Below, piece after piece: positions 27,761-40,246 of a stretch of DNA of 64,000 nucleotides; positions within the stretch are counted from its first letter, which is position 1, and every line of letters begins with the position of its first letter. The notes under the pieces are model-generated. The model searched no databases. It worked only from the letters and a program-made list of their open reading frames with translations, and was not told where the DNA came from. The translations under genes and the position numbers were made by a program. The DNA is from Octopus sinensis (Eukaryota): assembly GCF_006345805.1 (NCBI RefSeq), contig NC_043015.1:186001-250000 (forward strand), given 5' to 3'.

Positions 27761-28592
27761 ATATATATATATATATATATAAAATTTTAGGGAATAAATC
27801 CAAACTTACAGGGAAAATCAGATTTAGGATTGAATCCAATTTTATAGTAAAATATTATATATATTAAATTAGAGATAAAACCACTATTATCTTCTTTTAA
27901 TAATTTTGATATATATTTAAAATAATATAAATTAATTAATCTTATGTATTGTCTTGAGCTTTTCATTGTATGATTTGCCTAATGGTGGTTTTATCTCTAA
28001 TTTAATATAATATATATATATATATATATATATAAATACAAAATGGGACAAGAACGCAAAACATCCAGAGAGTTAGGTGATACAAAAAAGGACAACAGAA
28101 CATGTATACTGAATGCTTCGTGGGCTAGTAAGGACATCTACAGTTCATCAGAAATTAGGATCAGATTGAGAGTTTTGAGGAAAAATTCAAGAATGCTTTT
28201 AACTGCTACACCTCTATTGATTAGCTCAGATTATGTGCTATGAAAACAACTCTGGAAGAAGCTCCTCTTATAAATGTGTGTGTGGTGTGTGTGTGTGTGG
28301 TGTGTGTGTGTGTGTGCGTGTGCGTGCGTGTGTTTATGCGTGTGTTTTTGTTTGTGCCTGTGTTTGTCTCCCACCACCGCTTGACAACCGGGAGTGGTTT
28401 ATTTACGTCCCTGTAGTTTAGCAGTTCGGTAAAGCAAACAGATAGGACAAATCCCATGTGTGGAAGCACATATATGTATGTATACATATATATATTTATA
28501 TATTATTTATATTAATATATATATGTATATATATATATGTATATATTAATATATATATGTATATATATTATGTATATATATATATTAATATA

Positions 28593-28641
<49 letters not shown>

Positions 28642-28706
28642 TATATATCTATATATATATATACATATATAGATATAGATAAGAGATATAAAACACACAT
28701 GCATAC

Positions 28707-28752
<46 letters not shown>

Positions 28753-28769
28753 ATATAACATATAATATA

Positions 28770-28940
28770 ATTATGTATGTATGCCGACTGAATCCGAGTG
28801 GTTCATCACCAGTAGACACCCATAGTACGGCTCTAGTTTGCCAGAGGGTTCTCCCCAAGAGCAAAGAGGAAAGAGGGAGACATTGAGATCATCACACACT
28901 ACAAAACACATGCACACAAGTAACACACATATATACAGAT
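28770..28940 (+). repeat. Dispersed repeat family Z (inverted copy at 58690-58855)
   Basis: GACTGAATCCGAGTGG...CAGTAGAC.CCCAT...GATCATCACACACTACAA.ACACATGCACACAAGTAACACAC matches the reverse complement of 58690-58855. Confidence 0.8.
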
Positions 28941-30210
28941 ATTGTATAAAGGATCGTGGGTAAGACCAAAACAGTGTCTCAAGTACGGAAAATGCGTTCC
29001 AATCGTTAGACGAGATGCAACGGACCTGTGTTTTCCACGAAATTGGTATACAAAGCAACTGACTTACGTTTTTGAAAAACTTATTTTAGGAGGTGATATA
29101 GTTTTGAAATAATTTGACTTAACAAAGATTCGAAACCCGTATGCCGTTTCGTACTGAGGGAAACTTAATGTTAGCTCATCGTCAATCATAAATAAATAAA
29201 TAAAATCTTCAATACAATTAAGCAATATCAGATATTTCTCTAAATTTTCTATCTTCCATCATTACTTATAATTATAAAAGAAGGGAAAATTTGATATTTG
29301 TAAAATAAAATTTATAAAAAATATATAAATAAAATTAAATTAATTGAAAATACCCATCTTTGTGATTGAATCACATTAAAAGAAGAATCATTAATAAGAT
29401 TACGATAACCATACGAACATTCTTTGTTGTTTGTACATTAAATTAGAAAACTTTTCAAAAATATTTATGATTAATATTGCATAAAATGTTTTCTCATTTT
29501 AACCAATTAAAACGGCCAATGGTTAATAAAAGTGTGAAAGAAGAAAAATAATAATAATAATAAAACCAAGATATTAACAACAATTTTTTATTTTAATTTT
29601 TCTTTGCTATTTTCTTTTTTTTTTTGCATAACAACAACCAAGAAAATATTTAGGAAAATTATAGTGGTTCCTTTATGATTCTTTAAATAATATCTATTGA
29701 AATGCCTTCAAATTAATCCTTGGTTCGAGTACCTTCTCCAAGTTATGAATAAAAATGTCTTAAAATACAGATAAAATTTTTTTTTTCCTAAATTTAAATA
29801 AGCTTATTACCAAAAGTAGATCAGATGAATTACATATAAGAATCAAAATATTGATTTATATATGTATATATATAAGTGTATGTATGTATATATATACATT
29901 CATACATATATATATGTATATATATACACACACATGTATATACATGTATACATTCATACATACATATATATATATATATATATTATATATTATCATATAC
30001 GCACATACATATATGTATTTATAAGTATATGCATATATATATATATATATATATATACGCGTGTATAAATTTATGCATAGAGATATGCATAAATGTAGAA
30101 AGTATCTATATACATATACGTATGTAAATATATATATATATATATAATATATGTATTATATTCCTACACACACACACACAACACATATATATTTATATAT
30201 ATATACATAC

Positions 30211-30245
<35 letters not shown>

Positions 30246-30539
30246 TATTAGATATATATATATATATATACATCATCTAATGCAGCTCACAGATATATCG
30301 AGTGAGTTTGAATTAATTCTTCATCTTAAGGGTTTTCATCGTTGAAGACATTTATTCTTAACTTTTTACTTATAGCTAATATCTTCCTCATCATAACCCT
30401 CCTCCTACTTTTATTCCTTCTCCTCCCCCTTCGCTTCCTTGTAGAGTTTCACTCTTCCTTTCCTTTTTAATTTTTTAACTCTGTTCTTCTTCCTCTTCCT
30501 TCTTCTAGTTCTTCCTTATATTTATATTCCTCTACTTTC

Positions 30540-30900
30540 ATTTTGTTGTTGTTGTTGTTGTTGTTGTTGTTCTTCTTCTTCTTCTTCTTCTTCTTCTCCT
30601 TCACCTTCTTCTTCTCCTTCTTCTATTTCTTCTTCTCCTTCTCATCGTCTTTCTTCTTCTCATCGTTCTTCTTCTTCTACGTCTTCTTTTTCTTCTCCTT
30701 CTTCTTCTTCTCCTTCTTCTCCTTCTTCTTCTTCTTCTTCTTCTCCTTCTTCTTCACCTTTTTCTTCTTCTCCTTCACCTTCTTCTTCTCCTTCTTCTCC
30801 TTCTTCTCCTTCTTCTTCTTCTTCTTCTTTTTTCTTCTTCTTTTTTCTTCTTCTTCACCTTCTTCTTCTTCTTTTTTCTTCTCCTTCTTCTTCTCCTCCC
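30540..30900. repeat. (CTT)n/(CTC) trinucleotide tract
   Basis: Directly visible; explains the poly-F ORF. Confidence 0.97.
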
Positions 30901-31243
30901 AGCGCCTCGTAGTTCTCCTTACTCTCTTTTTTTTTACCTCTTATATGCCTACCATTGCATAACATATGCATTAATTTAATAACGCCACCACACTGAATAT
31001 CGATTTATTCCGCAGTTCAGACTATTTTCGCAAGTATTTATAAAAATTATGGGATATACAATTCGCTAGAACATATATGGGGGACTTTAAACGCAGACAT
31101 CTACATATATACGTGTATGCATACACAGATATGCATGGTCACACGCATTTCCATAAATGCATTCGCACACACCCACACACACGTACGTATGTATAAACTT
31201 AAACCGTACAGCCTTTCATATATATATATATATATATATATAT

Positions 31244-31527
31244 CAAAATCACAATCAAGGAACGGCCATAATAGGCCATTCACCCACTAGAAATAACAGC
31301 CAAAGCTTTAAAAAAAAACCGCAAATAACATAATTTCGCAAACAGGAGAAAATTAAAAAACATTTACCCGGTAATTTCTTATACGATGCACCGTTTATAA
31401 GAAATTACAGGGTAATGTTTTTTAATTTTCTCCTGGTTTGCGGAATTAATGTTATTTGCGGTTAAAGCTTTGGCTGTTATTTCTAGGGGTGAATGGCCTA
31501 TTATGGCCGTTCCTTGATTGTGATTTG
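31244..31527. repeat. Long fold-back palindrome (MITE-like)
   Basis: Arms of about 135 bp (CAAA(A)TCACAATCAAGGAACGGCC...GTAATTTCTTATA and its reverse complement) around a 12-nt loop at 31384-31395. Confidence 0.9.
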
Positions 31528-31615
31528 AACGTAAATGGTCTAGACTATTTAATTTTTTCCCACTAGGCCGCTGGTGCAAAAAAATTCTACAAAATTTTTT
31601 TTTGCCACCATTATG

Positions 31616-31658
<43 letters not shown>

Positions 31659-31761
31659 CAAAAATATATATCTATAATATGTGTGTGTATGTATACATAT
31701 ATATATCTTTATATATACACATATATATGTATATATATGTTTATATATATATATATATACA

Positions 31762-32055
31762 TTGTCGTTGTTTGTTCCTTCTCGATCCACGCCTGGCTCA
31801 TAAGGACCGGTTTCCCGGTTTCTTGGCGTATAGGTTCCCCCGCATGGACGGGACGCCGGTCCGTCGCAGCTGAGCTGCAAGATGTAGGAGGAAAGAGTGA
31901 GAGAAAGTTGTGGCGAAAGAGTCTGCAGAAGTTTGCCATTACCTTCTGCTGGTGCCGCATACTCATTAACTCACACACCGCCCGGTCTGAGATCCGAAAC
32001 CGCGATCCTTCGACCGCGAGTCCACTGCTCTAACCACTGGGCCATGTGCCTCAAC
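31762..32055 (-). mobile_element. SINE with head D and a distinct tail ending in (AAC)n
   Basis: Minus strand TGGCCCAGTGGTTAGAGCAGTGGACTCGCGGTCG head is shared with 60272; tail GCGACGGACCGGCGTCCCGTCC...GAAACCGGGAAACCGG...GAGAAGGAACAAACAAC. Confidence 0.85.
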
Positions 32056-32073
32056 ATATATATGCATACATAC

Positions 32074-32130
<57 letters not shown>

Positions 32131-32159
32131 TGTGTTTGTGTATTTCGAAAAGCTGTGGC

Positions 32160-32670
32160 CAGAATTGGCTCAGACCATGACTAGCGCCACAGGAAAAATA
32201 CATTTACTGTTTCGTACTACACCCTTGCCAACTCGATTAAAGAGTTATTGTTTGCAGTGATATATCTGGTTGTAAGTGTTTTAATTCGAATTTGTTGGAG
32301 ATGTTTATCCAGAAACCGTTTCAATGTTATGAGCCCTTTTTCTTTCTTGGTATGATGTTATAGAGAACAGGGCCTGGTGAGGTGAAGTAATTTTGTGTTA
32401 ATGTCGCGATGTAACAAGAGCATGATTTTCGAGTAGGACGGTTCACACGGGGACCAAGACTTGAGTAAATTTTTTAATATAATGCCAACATCATTTACAT
32501 ACTGCTTCTGGAATATTTTCCACCTCATACAAACAATAAAGAGCTCAAAACGGCATTTGCGGCAATAAATTCTGAGCTCGATACGATACAGATAATCAAA
32601 ACCTCTTACGTCGACTATGTTTTTGCGATTGATCTGTGGAATGCTTCAACCTTTATTATATTTTGTTGCG
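32160..32670 (-). mobile_element. Decayed 3' fragment of a CR1-group LINE ORF2
   Basis: Minus-strand pieces EAFHRSI, WKIFQKQYVNDVGI, GPVLYNIIP and KRFLDKHLQQI...NNNSL fit the CR1-type C-terminus. Confidence 0.7.
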
Positions 32671-32706
32671 TGTAGGTAGAACACAACGTACGACAGTATT
32701 CTAAAT

Positions 32707-32945
32707 AAGGCGGCAAGCTGGCAGAATCGTTAGCACGCCGGGCGAATGCGTAGCCGTATTTCGTCTGCCGTTACGTTCTGAGTTCAAATTCAGCCGAGGT
32801 CGACTTTGCCTTTCATCCTTTCGGGGTCGATAAATTAAGTACCAGTTACACACTGGGGTCTATATAATCGAACTTAATCCGTTTGTATGTCCCTGTTTGT
32901 CCCCTCTGTGTTTAGCCCCTTGTGGGTAGTAAAGAAATAAGTATT
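32707..32945 (+). mobile_element. SINE family A, monomer
   Basis: Complete single unit from AAGGCGGCAAGCTGG to GTAAAGAAATAAG. Confidence 0.9.
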
Positions 32946-33600
32946 CTAAATAAAAACGGGTGAAGGTGCAGAAGAAAAGAATAATGGTAAGAGAGTTTCT
33001 GGAGCTGAATGTCCTTAAAATCCAAGAACACACTCTGCGTGCCATGTCAGCTTTACTAATTATATGGGCAATCCAGCTTAATTTGATGTCAACAGTTACA
33101 CTGAGGTCACGGGCAGTATGTTAATTGTTAATTCCATATTCCGATGTTGCAACATGGATTCGACTCCAATCTCAATCCAGTTCATACGCTTATTTAATTC
33201 ACTAAAACCGCTGAAAAACGATGAACATCTCTTAATCCCATACATTACTCATTCACATTTCACATCTGGCACATGCGAGAGCGGTAGCCCCATACTGGAA
33301 ATTTGTACAATTCTATTTTTTAAAACAAAATTTTCGTAAAAATTCCAACAACCTTGAGGTAAAAATTATTTTACGAGTTTTCTCCGTTATTCCAAATTTA
33401 GTCATATTTATTTTTTTTTGTTTTTATAACGCTTCATCTTTTTTTATTGTTTTCTTTATTTAGAGACACAGCTCTTATATGACACTACGCTAAAGAAGAA
33501 ATAATCAATTTTTATGACATACGACAATGAATATGTGTGTTGTTATGTAAATTTTTGTAAAGAAAATATCTCAAAACCTTTCTTTCACTCCGTTTCTTCC

Positions 33601-33639
<39 letters not shown>

Positions 33640-33670
33640 ATATACATACATACATACATAAATAACTTCA

Positions 33671-33702
<32 letters not shown>

Positions 33703-34149
33703 ATATATATATAATATATATAGATATATATATATACATAAATATTGAAGAGACTGAGTTTTCTTGCCTGTTTAGCTAAACAGTAACCAATAATCAGCCC
33801 GACCGTCCTCTCTATGTCAATTATGAAATAATTTTAGGAGAGAAAAATCGAAGTGAGATGCGAATTCGAAGGAAATTTAAAGGATGTTTTGAACACCAAT
33901 TTATGTCATGGAGCCCAATACATATAGATGGCTCTTATTATTTCTAGGTGCTTAAGATGATCTGATAGCTATGCTAATCATTTTAGTTAACTAACCTAAT
34001 GTAGAATGCACGATATCAATCACGAAACGTTAGTTGATCACCCAAAACCTAGTAAAAATTTCATCACGCAACGATTTATATATTAATATAATACGATTTA
34101 TATAATATAATATGCAAGGGTCTGTGGTGATAAGTTTCCTTCGGAACCT

Positions 34150-34580
34150 CATGGTTTTGTGTTCAGGTCCGCTACAGGGCAACTTAACCTTGTGAGTGGA
34201 TTTGGTAGAAGGAAATTTATGAGATGCATGTCGTATATGCGTATGAGTGTATGTATGTATGTATGTATGTATGTATGTATGTATGTATGTATGTATGTAT
34301 GTAGAGAATTCACCAAAATAAAACAAAAGACGAAGACAGGTGGTGTAGACAACAAACAGATGTATTAGTATACATGTGTGTGTATGTTTATGTGTCTGTG
34401 CTCGTTCCCACAACATCGTTTGACAAACCGATATTGGTGTGTTTACGTTCAAGTAAATTAGCGGTTCAGCAAAGGAAACGATAAAATAAGTACTAACTAG
34501 GCTTATAAAGAATAAGTCCTGGAGTTGATTTGCTCCAGCATGAACGCAAATGACCGAAACAAGTAAAAATAAAAGACAAG
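34150..34580 (+). mobile_element. SINE family B, interrupted
   Basis: B 5' part, then (TATG)n and an unrelated segment at about 34302-34370, then the B 3' part. Confidence 0.75.
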
Positions 34581-34599
34581 AATATATATATATATATAT

Positions 34600-34649
34600 T
34601 ATATAACATTTTAATAATAATAATAATAATAATCATTATCATCATAATC

Positions 34650-34682
<33 letters not shown>

Positions 34683-34985
34683 TATGCCCTGATGCAGTAC
34701 AAGGCAGTGGCTCTCGTGGCTTCTGATCTTAACTGATTGGAAGTGTTATCATGTACATTGTTTTATCTTGGTATAAAAGATTGGCTACAGCAAATATTCT
34801 GCTCAATACCACAGATTTGCTTGTCAGTTGTTTGACCGTTACCAGTTGAATATTTTCCTTAGTGGCTGACGATATGAGAATCTCTGATCACGAGCAGACG
34901 TAATGGGGGGAGCATCATAGCCATGTTGTGTTGAGAGGGATTCGTTTGGGTTTGAATAATTCACCTCTGGAAACATGGGTGTCCG
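34600..34985 (-). mobile_element. Probable retroposon 3' end with (ATT)n tail
   Basis: Minus strand ends ...CTGCATCAGGGCAT followed by (ATT)n. Single copy in this window, so the family is not assigned. Confidence 0.45.
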
Positions 34986-36037
34986 ATCAATTTCAGCTAG
35001 TGGAGCAGCCATGCTTACACTGTAAAGCCAGAAAGAAAAATAAGCGCCATCAAATTAAAACATCGATCAACTGACCACAATAGTACAATTGCAGGTGTTC
35101 TAACACCCTCTGTTCTATCTAATGACAATTATAGTTTTATACATATATATATATATATATATATATATCAAATGAAATAAAAAACAGAACATAAAGGATG
35201 TCGCGGTACACATGTTTAGAGCTTTATAAAACAACTTATTCTTACATCAATGTATAATCGACATAACAGATAGTTTAAAGCCCTTTTCAGCCGCAGGCAA
35301 TTGCTACACCAAAGACTTGTATCACATTCTGAAAGTTCTGAAAAGGAAAATTTGGTGTTATTTATAATGGTAGGTAAATTGAGTATCACTGAGAAAGTAT
35401 GTTTGTAAATCTTCATAATCAAATATGTGTACAGGGTATTATTGGACTCCAAAAATCCGTCCATACTGTTTTCTCACTCAATATAGAGTGAATGCTGGGT
35501 AGATTCCAGTTGGGTTCATTCCTCTTGTACATATGTATATATATATATATATATATGCAACACTCTTTCACTAAAATAAAATGCATGACAATAATGTATC
35601 ATCTCACAATGCATTTTTATCTATGTGATTTTAAATTATCTCCCCTCTTTTTCTTGAGTTAAGTATATTTAAAACAGGTTTCTCTTCGCTTATAGATAGT
35701 AAAGGACTCATATATTTGAAGATGTACTATTCTCTGTCTTCATTGAATATGTGCTTACGTCACACTGTCATATGGAATCATTTAGTCAACTTCGAGACTA
35801 TTGATAATATAATATAATATTGCGTCAAATTTATCCCACAGACACCATACAATTGTGTTATCTGCAAACTTATTATCCTATAATAAAGCTAGTTATTCAT
35901 ATATGTAGGTAAAACTGTGATTAATTCCTAATCCGACCATAAGGGTATTATCATCAAAACGGCATCTTCGCAGCTTAGCAAAGAGTTTTACAATAAGTAT
36001 TTAATAACAATCACCATAAATAACAAATTCATACTAT

Positions 36038-36096
<59 letters not shown>

Positions 36097-36310
36097 CTAT
36101 ATATATATACGCATGCATACAGCTGTTTTGCAAATTATGTATATTAAATGATATTTATATATTGCTGGGACGTTTGTTGATTGCTGCCTTTAACTTAACT
36201 GTAGATTATATATATACATATAATAAACATATATATACATATATATACATATATATATATATAAATAAATATATATTATATATATATATACATACATACA
36301 TACATACATA

Positions 36311-36376
36311 TCTAGAAAGATAGATAGATAGATAGATAGCTAGACAGACAGACAGATGAGTAGACAGATAGATAGG

Positions 36377-36424
<48 letters not shown>

Positions 36425-36440
36425 GATAGATAGATAGATA
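36311..36440. repeat. (GATA)n microsatellite abutting the 3' end of the Tx1-like element
   Basis: Directly visible. Confidence 0.95.
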
Positions 36441-36824
36441 TGTTTCTTTATTAGCCACACAGGGCTGCACACAGATAGAACAAATTACAAGGTAGAGCTT
36501 TTCTTTTGAAGGTTTTAAAAAAAAAAAAAAAAGGAAAGGGGAGTTTCGATCAAAAGGGATCGTAAAAGGAGAGAAAGAGGACAAAAAAAAGGGGGGTAAA
36601 AAAAAAAAAAAGGGGGGGAGAGGAAAAAAAATTGATCAATAGGGATCGTTATCACAGAAATGTCAATATGAAGTGTAAAGGGGAGGACAGGTGAGGTTTA
36701 CCCGTGGAAAGAAAAGCCTACGGAAAAGACCACGGTAACCTCGGTCAATGAAGTCACATTTATATTTCTTTTTTTTTTTTTTTTTTTTTGCAAATAAGCA
36801 ACTCTCTGTTTTCGATTTCTGGGT

Positions 36825-39800
36825 TCATAGGACTATGCTCAAGGTGGCTTCGTCATTCATACGTGCCATTCTTGCTACATTCACCCATCTTTTTTAAAAC
36901 ATTCGCTAGACAAAACTTGCCTCTCTACTCTCACTTTCCTTTTCAAGTGGTACTTGAGAAGTTGATGAGAGATTGACCAGAGAGGAAAGTGTTTGTCTCC
37001 AATCCTTTCAGACGCGTCCACCAGATACATTCTTTCGCCATAGCCACAAGGATGATGAAAATAGCTCTTCCTTCCCGTTTGAAGGAAGGAGGCGTGACAA
37101 TATTGACGATAGACTCAGCTGATAACCGACTCGTCCCACACGTGACAGCAGTTGTTCGACATAAGCCCACAGGTCGGAAATTGTTGGACACTGAACGAGT
37201 GCGTGCAGAACGGTTTCGTCGCTCTGACCGCATCTCGGGCAGGTCGGCCCCGTGTTTCTCGAGCCGTGTCTGTAGAGCTTATCCCGAACGGGTAGCGCTT
37301 CTCGGTAGCACTGCCAGGCCAGGGATCTCTGGAAGTTGTCCATGGGCCCTGGCCCGAAAGTCGTCCCGAACAGGCGGGTCAGGTACTCCTCGTCGACGTC
37401 CAGGTTCGCCCCGAGCTCGTCGTCGTACCTCCCCTCCACTAAACCCCTATAGAATGCTTGGGTGTGTTGAAGTCACTTAGGTCGACCCAGGACGGCAGAG
37501 TGTTGCTAGAGCAACGCGACTCGCGGTGCCATTCGCTCCTTGGCATCTCTTTTTGATCTGCTGAGTTCGGTCATGGAGACGAGCTGCGGGAAAGCGTGCC
37601 TCACAAACGGCGACCACACCTGTTCACCGTCGTCTACATAGAGCCAGAGATGTCGCAGTCTCAGCGCGTGTCTGCGCATCATCAACCACGGCATGCCCAG
37701 CCCTCCTTTTAACGGGTGTTGACAGCAAATGGATCGCCTGACCATCGGGACGCATCCTTTCCACAAGAAGCGAAAGAGGATGCGTTGTAGTTTGGTGATG
37801 GTAGGGTCGGGACAAGGTACGACGGTCAGGCGGTAGTAGATGACGGACGCGATGTACGTGTTCGCCACCTCCGCTCGACCTTTTAGGGACAGTTTCCTCT
37901 CGGCCCATTGCCGGGCGAGAGTGACCACCCTACTCGTTATCTCGTTCCAGTTTTCTCCACTTGGAGGTCCGGACCAAACCAGACCCCGAGCAACTCAACC
38001 GGGCCGTCGGTCCAGCGTCCCACGACGGAGGCGCTGGTGGACGGCATGGGCTTGCTTCTCCAGGTGCCTAGTCGCAAGCCCACTGACTTTTCCCGGTTGA
38101 TTTTCGCTCCTGTCACCGCTTCGTAGTTTTTCAGTGTCTCGCCGACCAGCTCGATGTGCTCGTGGCTAGACACTATGACGGTGACGTCGTCCGCGTATGC
38201 AGACACGCTCGTCCCGCATCCCAATTCTCGCGGGATGCCCCTTAGAGTCGCCAGCTTCCGCAGTAGTGGCTCAAGAGTCAATACGTATAGAAGCGCCGAG
38301 AGGGGGCATCCCTGACGGACCGAACGTGCAATGTCGAAAGGTCTCGATAGATGTCCATTTACGCGAATTACCGAACGGATGCCTCTGTACAAGGCAGCTA
38401 TCCAGCCGCGGAAGACGGGACCGAAACCAGCCGCTCTCAGGACTGCCTCCAAGTATCGATGGTCTACCCTATCAAAGGCTTTCGATTGATCCAAGTTGAT
38501 CAGGGCCCCACCCATGCCAGGTTCGTTAACTACCCTGTCTATGATGTAGCGCATCAGATGGAGGTTGTCATGGATGGTCCGGCCTGGCACGGCGCATGTT
38601 TGCGCCTTGTCGACCAGTTTCTCGATGACAAGCGCCAACCTCTTGGCTAGCACCTTGGCCAAAATTTTCAAGTCTGCATTAAGCAGAGTGATGGGCTAAA
38701 GTTATCTATTACATTTCCCTTGTTTAGATCTTTCTTCAGCAGTGTTACGGCTCCTCGGCTCACAAAACCAGGAATGCTCCCGTTTTGCTGCCAGTTGCAG
38801 TACACCGCCGCCAAGAGATCTCCAAACAAGTCTGGCATACAATTGTAAAGCTCGTAGGGTAGACCATCCAAACCCGGTGATTTGTCCCTCGAGCATTCTG
38901 CCATCGCTTCCCGCACTTCCGCCGCCGTGATGGCACCTTCGCAGCACCCTGCCTTTCTTGTCGAGAGTCGTGGTAGGCTATGTAGGTAGGCACTGAAGTC
39001 CACCCTACGTTCTTGCCCTCCACTCGTTCCGAACAGTCGGGCAAAATGCTGCTGAAAGGCCTCACACATTTTACTTGGCTCGAGCAATTCGCGCCCTGTT
39101 CATCTACCAGTGACCGAATGGTGGCTTTGTTGCCCTGTTGCGCCTCTGCCACCCGGGCCTCTCTCGCGGCTCCAACACCTTCGTTCCTTAGAGCACGCAT
39201 CCTAGCTCTGACAGCACATCCTTCGTGTTTGGCGTTGAAGTGTTGGTCGAGGGCCAACCTCGCCGCCAAAACGTCGGATGCGATGCCGCTTCTAATTGCC
39301 TCTTCTAGCTTCTTAACTAGCTCACCCTCTACTCTATTTCTATCTATGGCTAGTGCTTTGCTGTACCTAATCGCTTCTGCTTTTACTGCTCTCTTGAGGG
39401 CAAACCACCATTTGTTGTTGATGATGGCTCCCGTCAAAGCCCTCTTACTAGTGTGCTAATCCGGTCTCTGAAAACTTGTCTCGATGGGAAAGACGCGTTT
39501 AGTTTCCAGTATCCGGGACCCTGCCTAAGTGTCTTACCTAAGTCTAGCGTACATGTCACAAGTTTGTGATCCGTGTAGCTGACTATGTGGAATTGTGGAC
39601 ATCCTATGCTATCTCTATCTACTGTCCTACACAGTATCCTATCTAGATACGATCTCGACGACCCGATGCGGTTGCTCCATGTCCACGTTGGCGCATTCGG
39701 GTGGTCTAGTCGGAACCTGTCAGACAGTTGAAAGCGTCTGAGCAGGTCTCTGAGGCATTTGCATCCCCGTCTATTCCTATCTCTACCCACGTAGTCTACA

Positions 39801-40246
39801 TGCGTGTCCAAGGTAGCATTCCAATCCCCCACTAAGAGTAAAGGACGAGACGTTCCCAAGAAAACTTCTAGACGTTGAAAGAAATCCGCCCGACCTGTTA
39901 AGGGCGGTGCGTAAACTGATACGAGTCGAAAAGCGCACCCATTGCTGCCGTCGACATCCAGGACGACCAGTCTACCCTCCGGGTCTACGAATATTGTCCT
40001 TACATTGAGATCCAGACTCTTGTGAAAAAGTACCGCGGTGCCACTACCGCCCATTCTCGGCAGACAGGGGGAAAAATAAATGTTGAACTGTCCGCCAAAC
40101 ATGGTCTTTAGGGCCCGCGGATTGTGGAGTCTGGTCTCGCTTATGGCTATGATTTCTAACTTATGTGACTTTATGTCATTTAAGAGGTACCCTTGTTTCC
40201 AAGGGGACCCCAAGCCACGCGCATTTACACAACCAATCTTGATCAT
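36825..40246 (-). pseudogene. Retrotransposon ORF2 (APE endonuclease, reverse transcriptase, Zn finger), frameshifted
   Basis: MIKIGCVNARGL, ISETR, GDWN, YLDRI and TDHK (APE); KILAKVLAKRL, LDQSKAFDRVDH, VRQGCPLS and YADDV (RT); CPRCGQSDETVLHALVQCP. Split over about seven ORF pieces by indels; C-terminus ...DEATLSIVL* ends at 36825. Confidence 0.92.

Noticed and set aside
28990-29055. Possible further hammerhead-like motif (AGACGA...GTG-TTTTC-CAC-GAAA)
   Set aside because: Core too degenerate and no palindromic stem III.
29100-29850. Extremely AT-rich block considered as a mitochondrial insertion (NUMT)
   Set aside because: No mitochondrial gene, tRNA or rRNA motif recognised.
32478-32680. 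Plus-strand open frame LLLEYFPPHTNNKELKTAF... and minus-strand HRDIN kinase-like motif
   Set aside because: Better explained as antisense or off-frame readings of the CR1-type LINE fragment.
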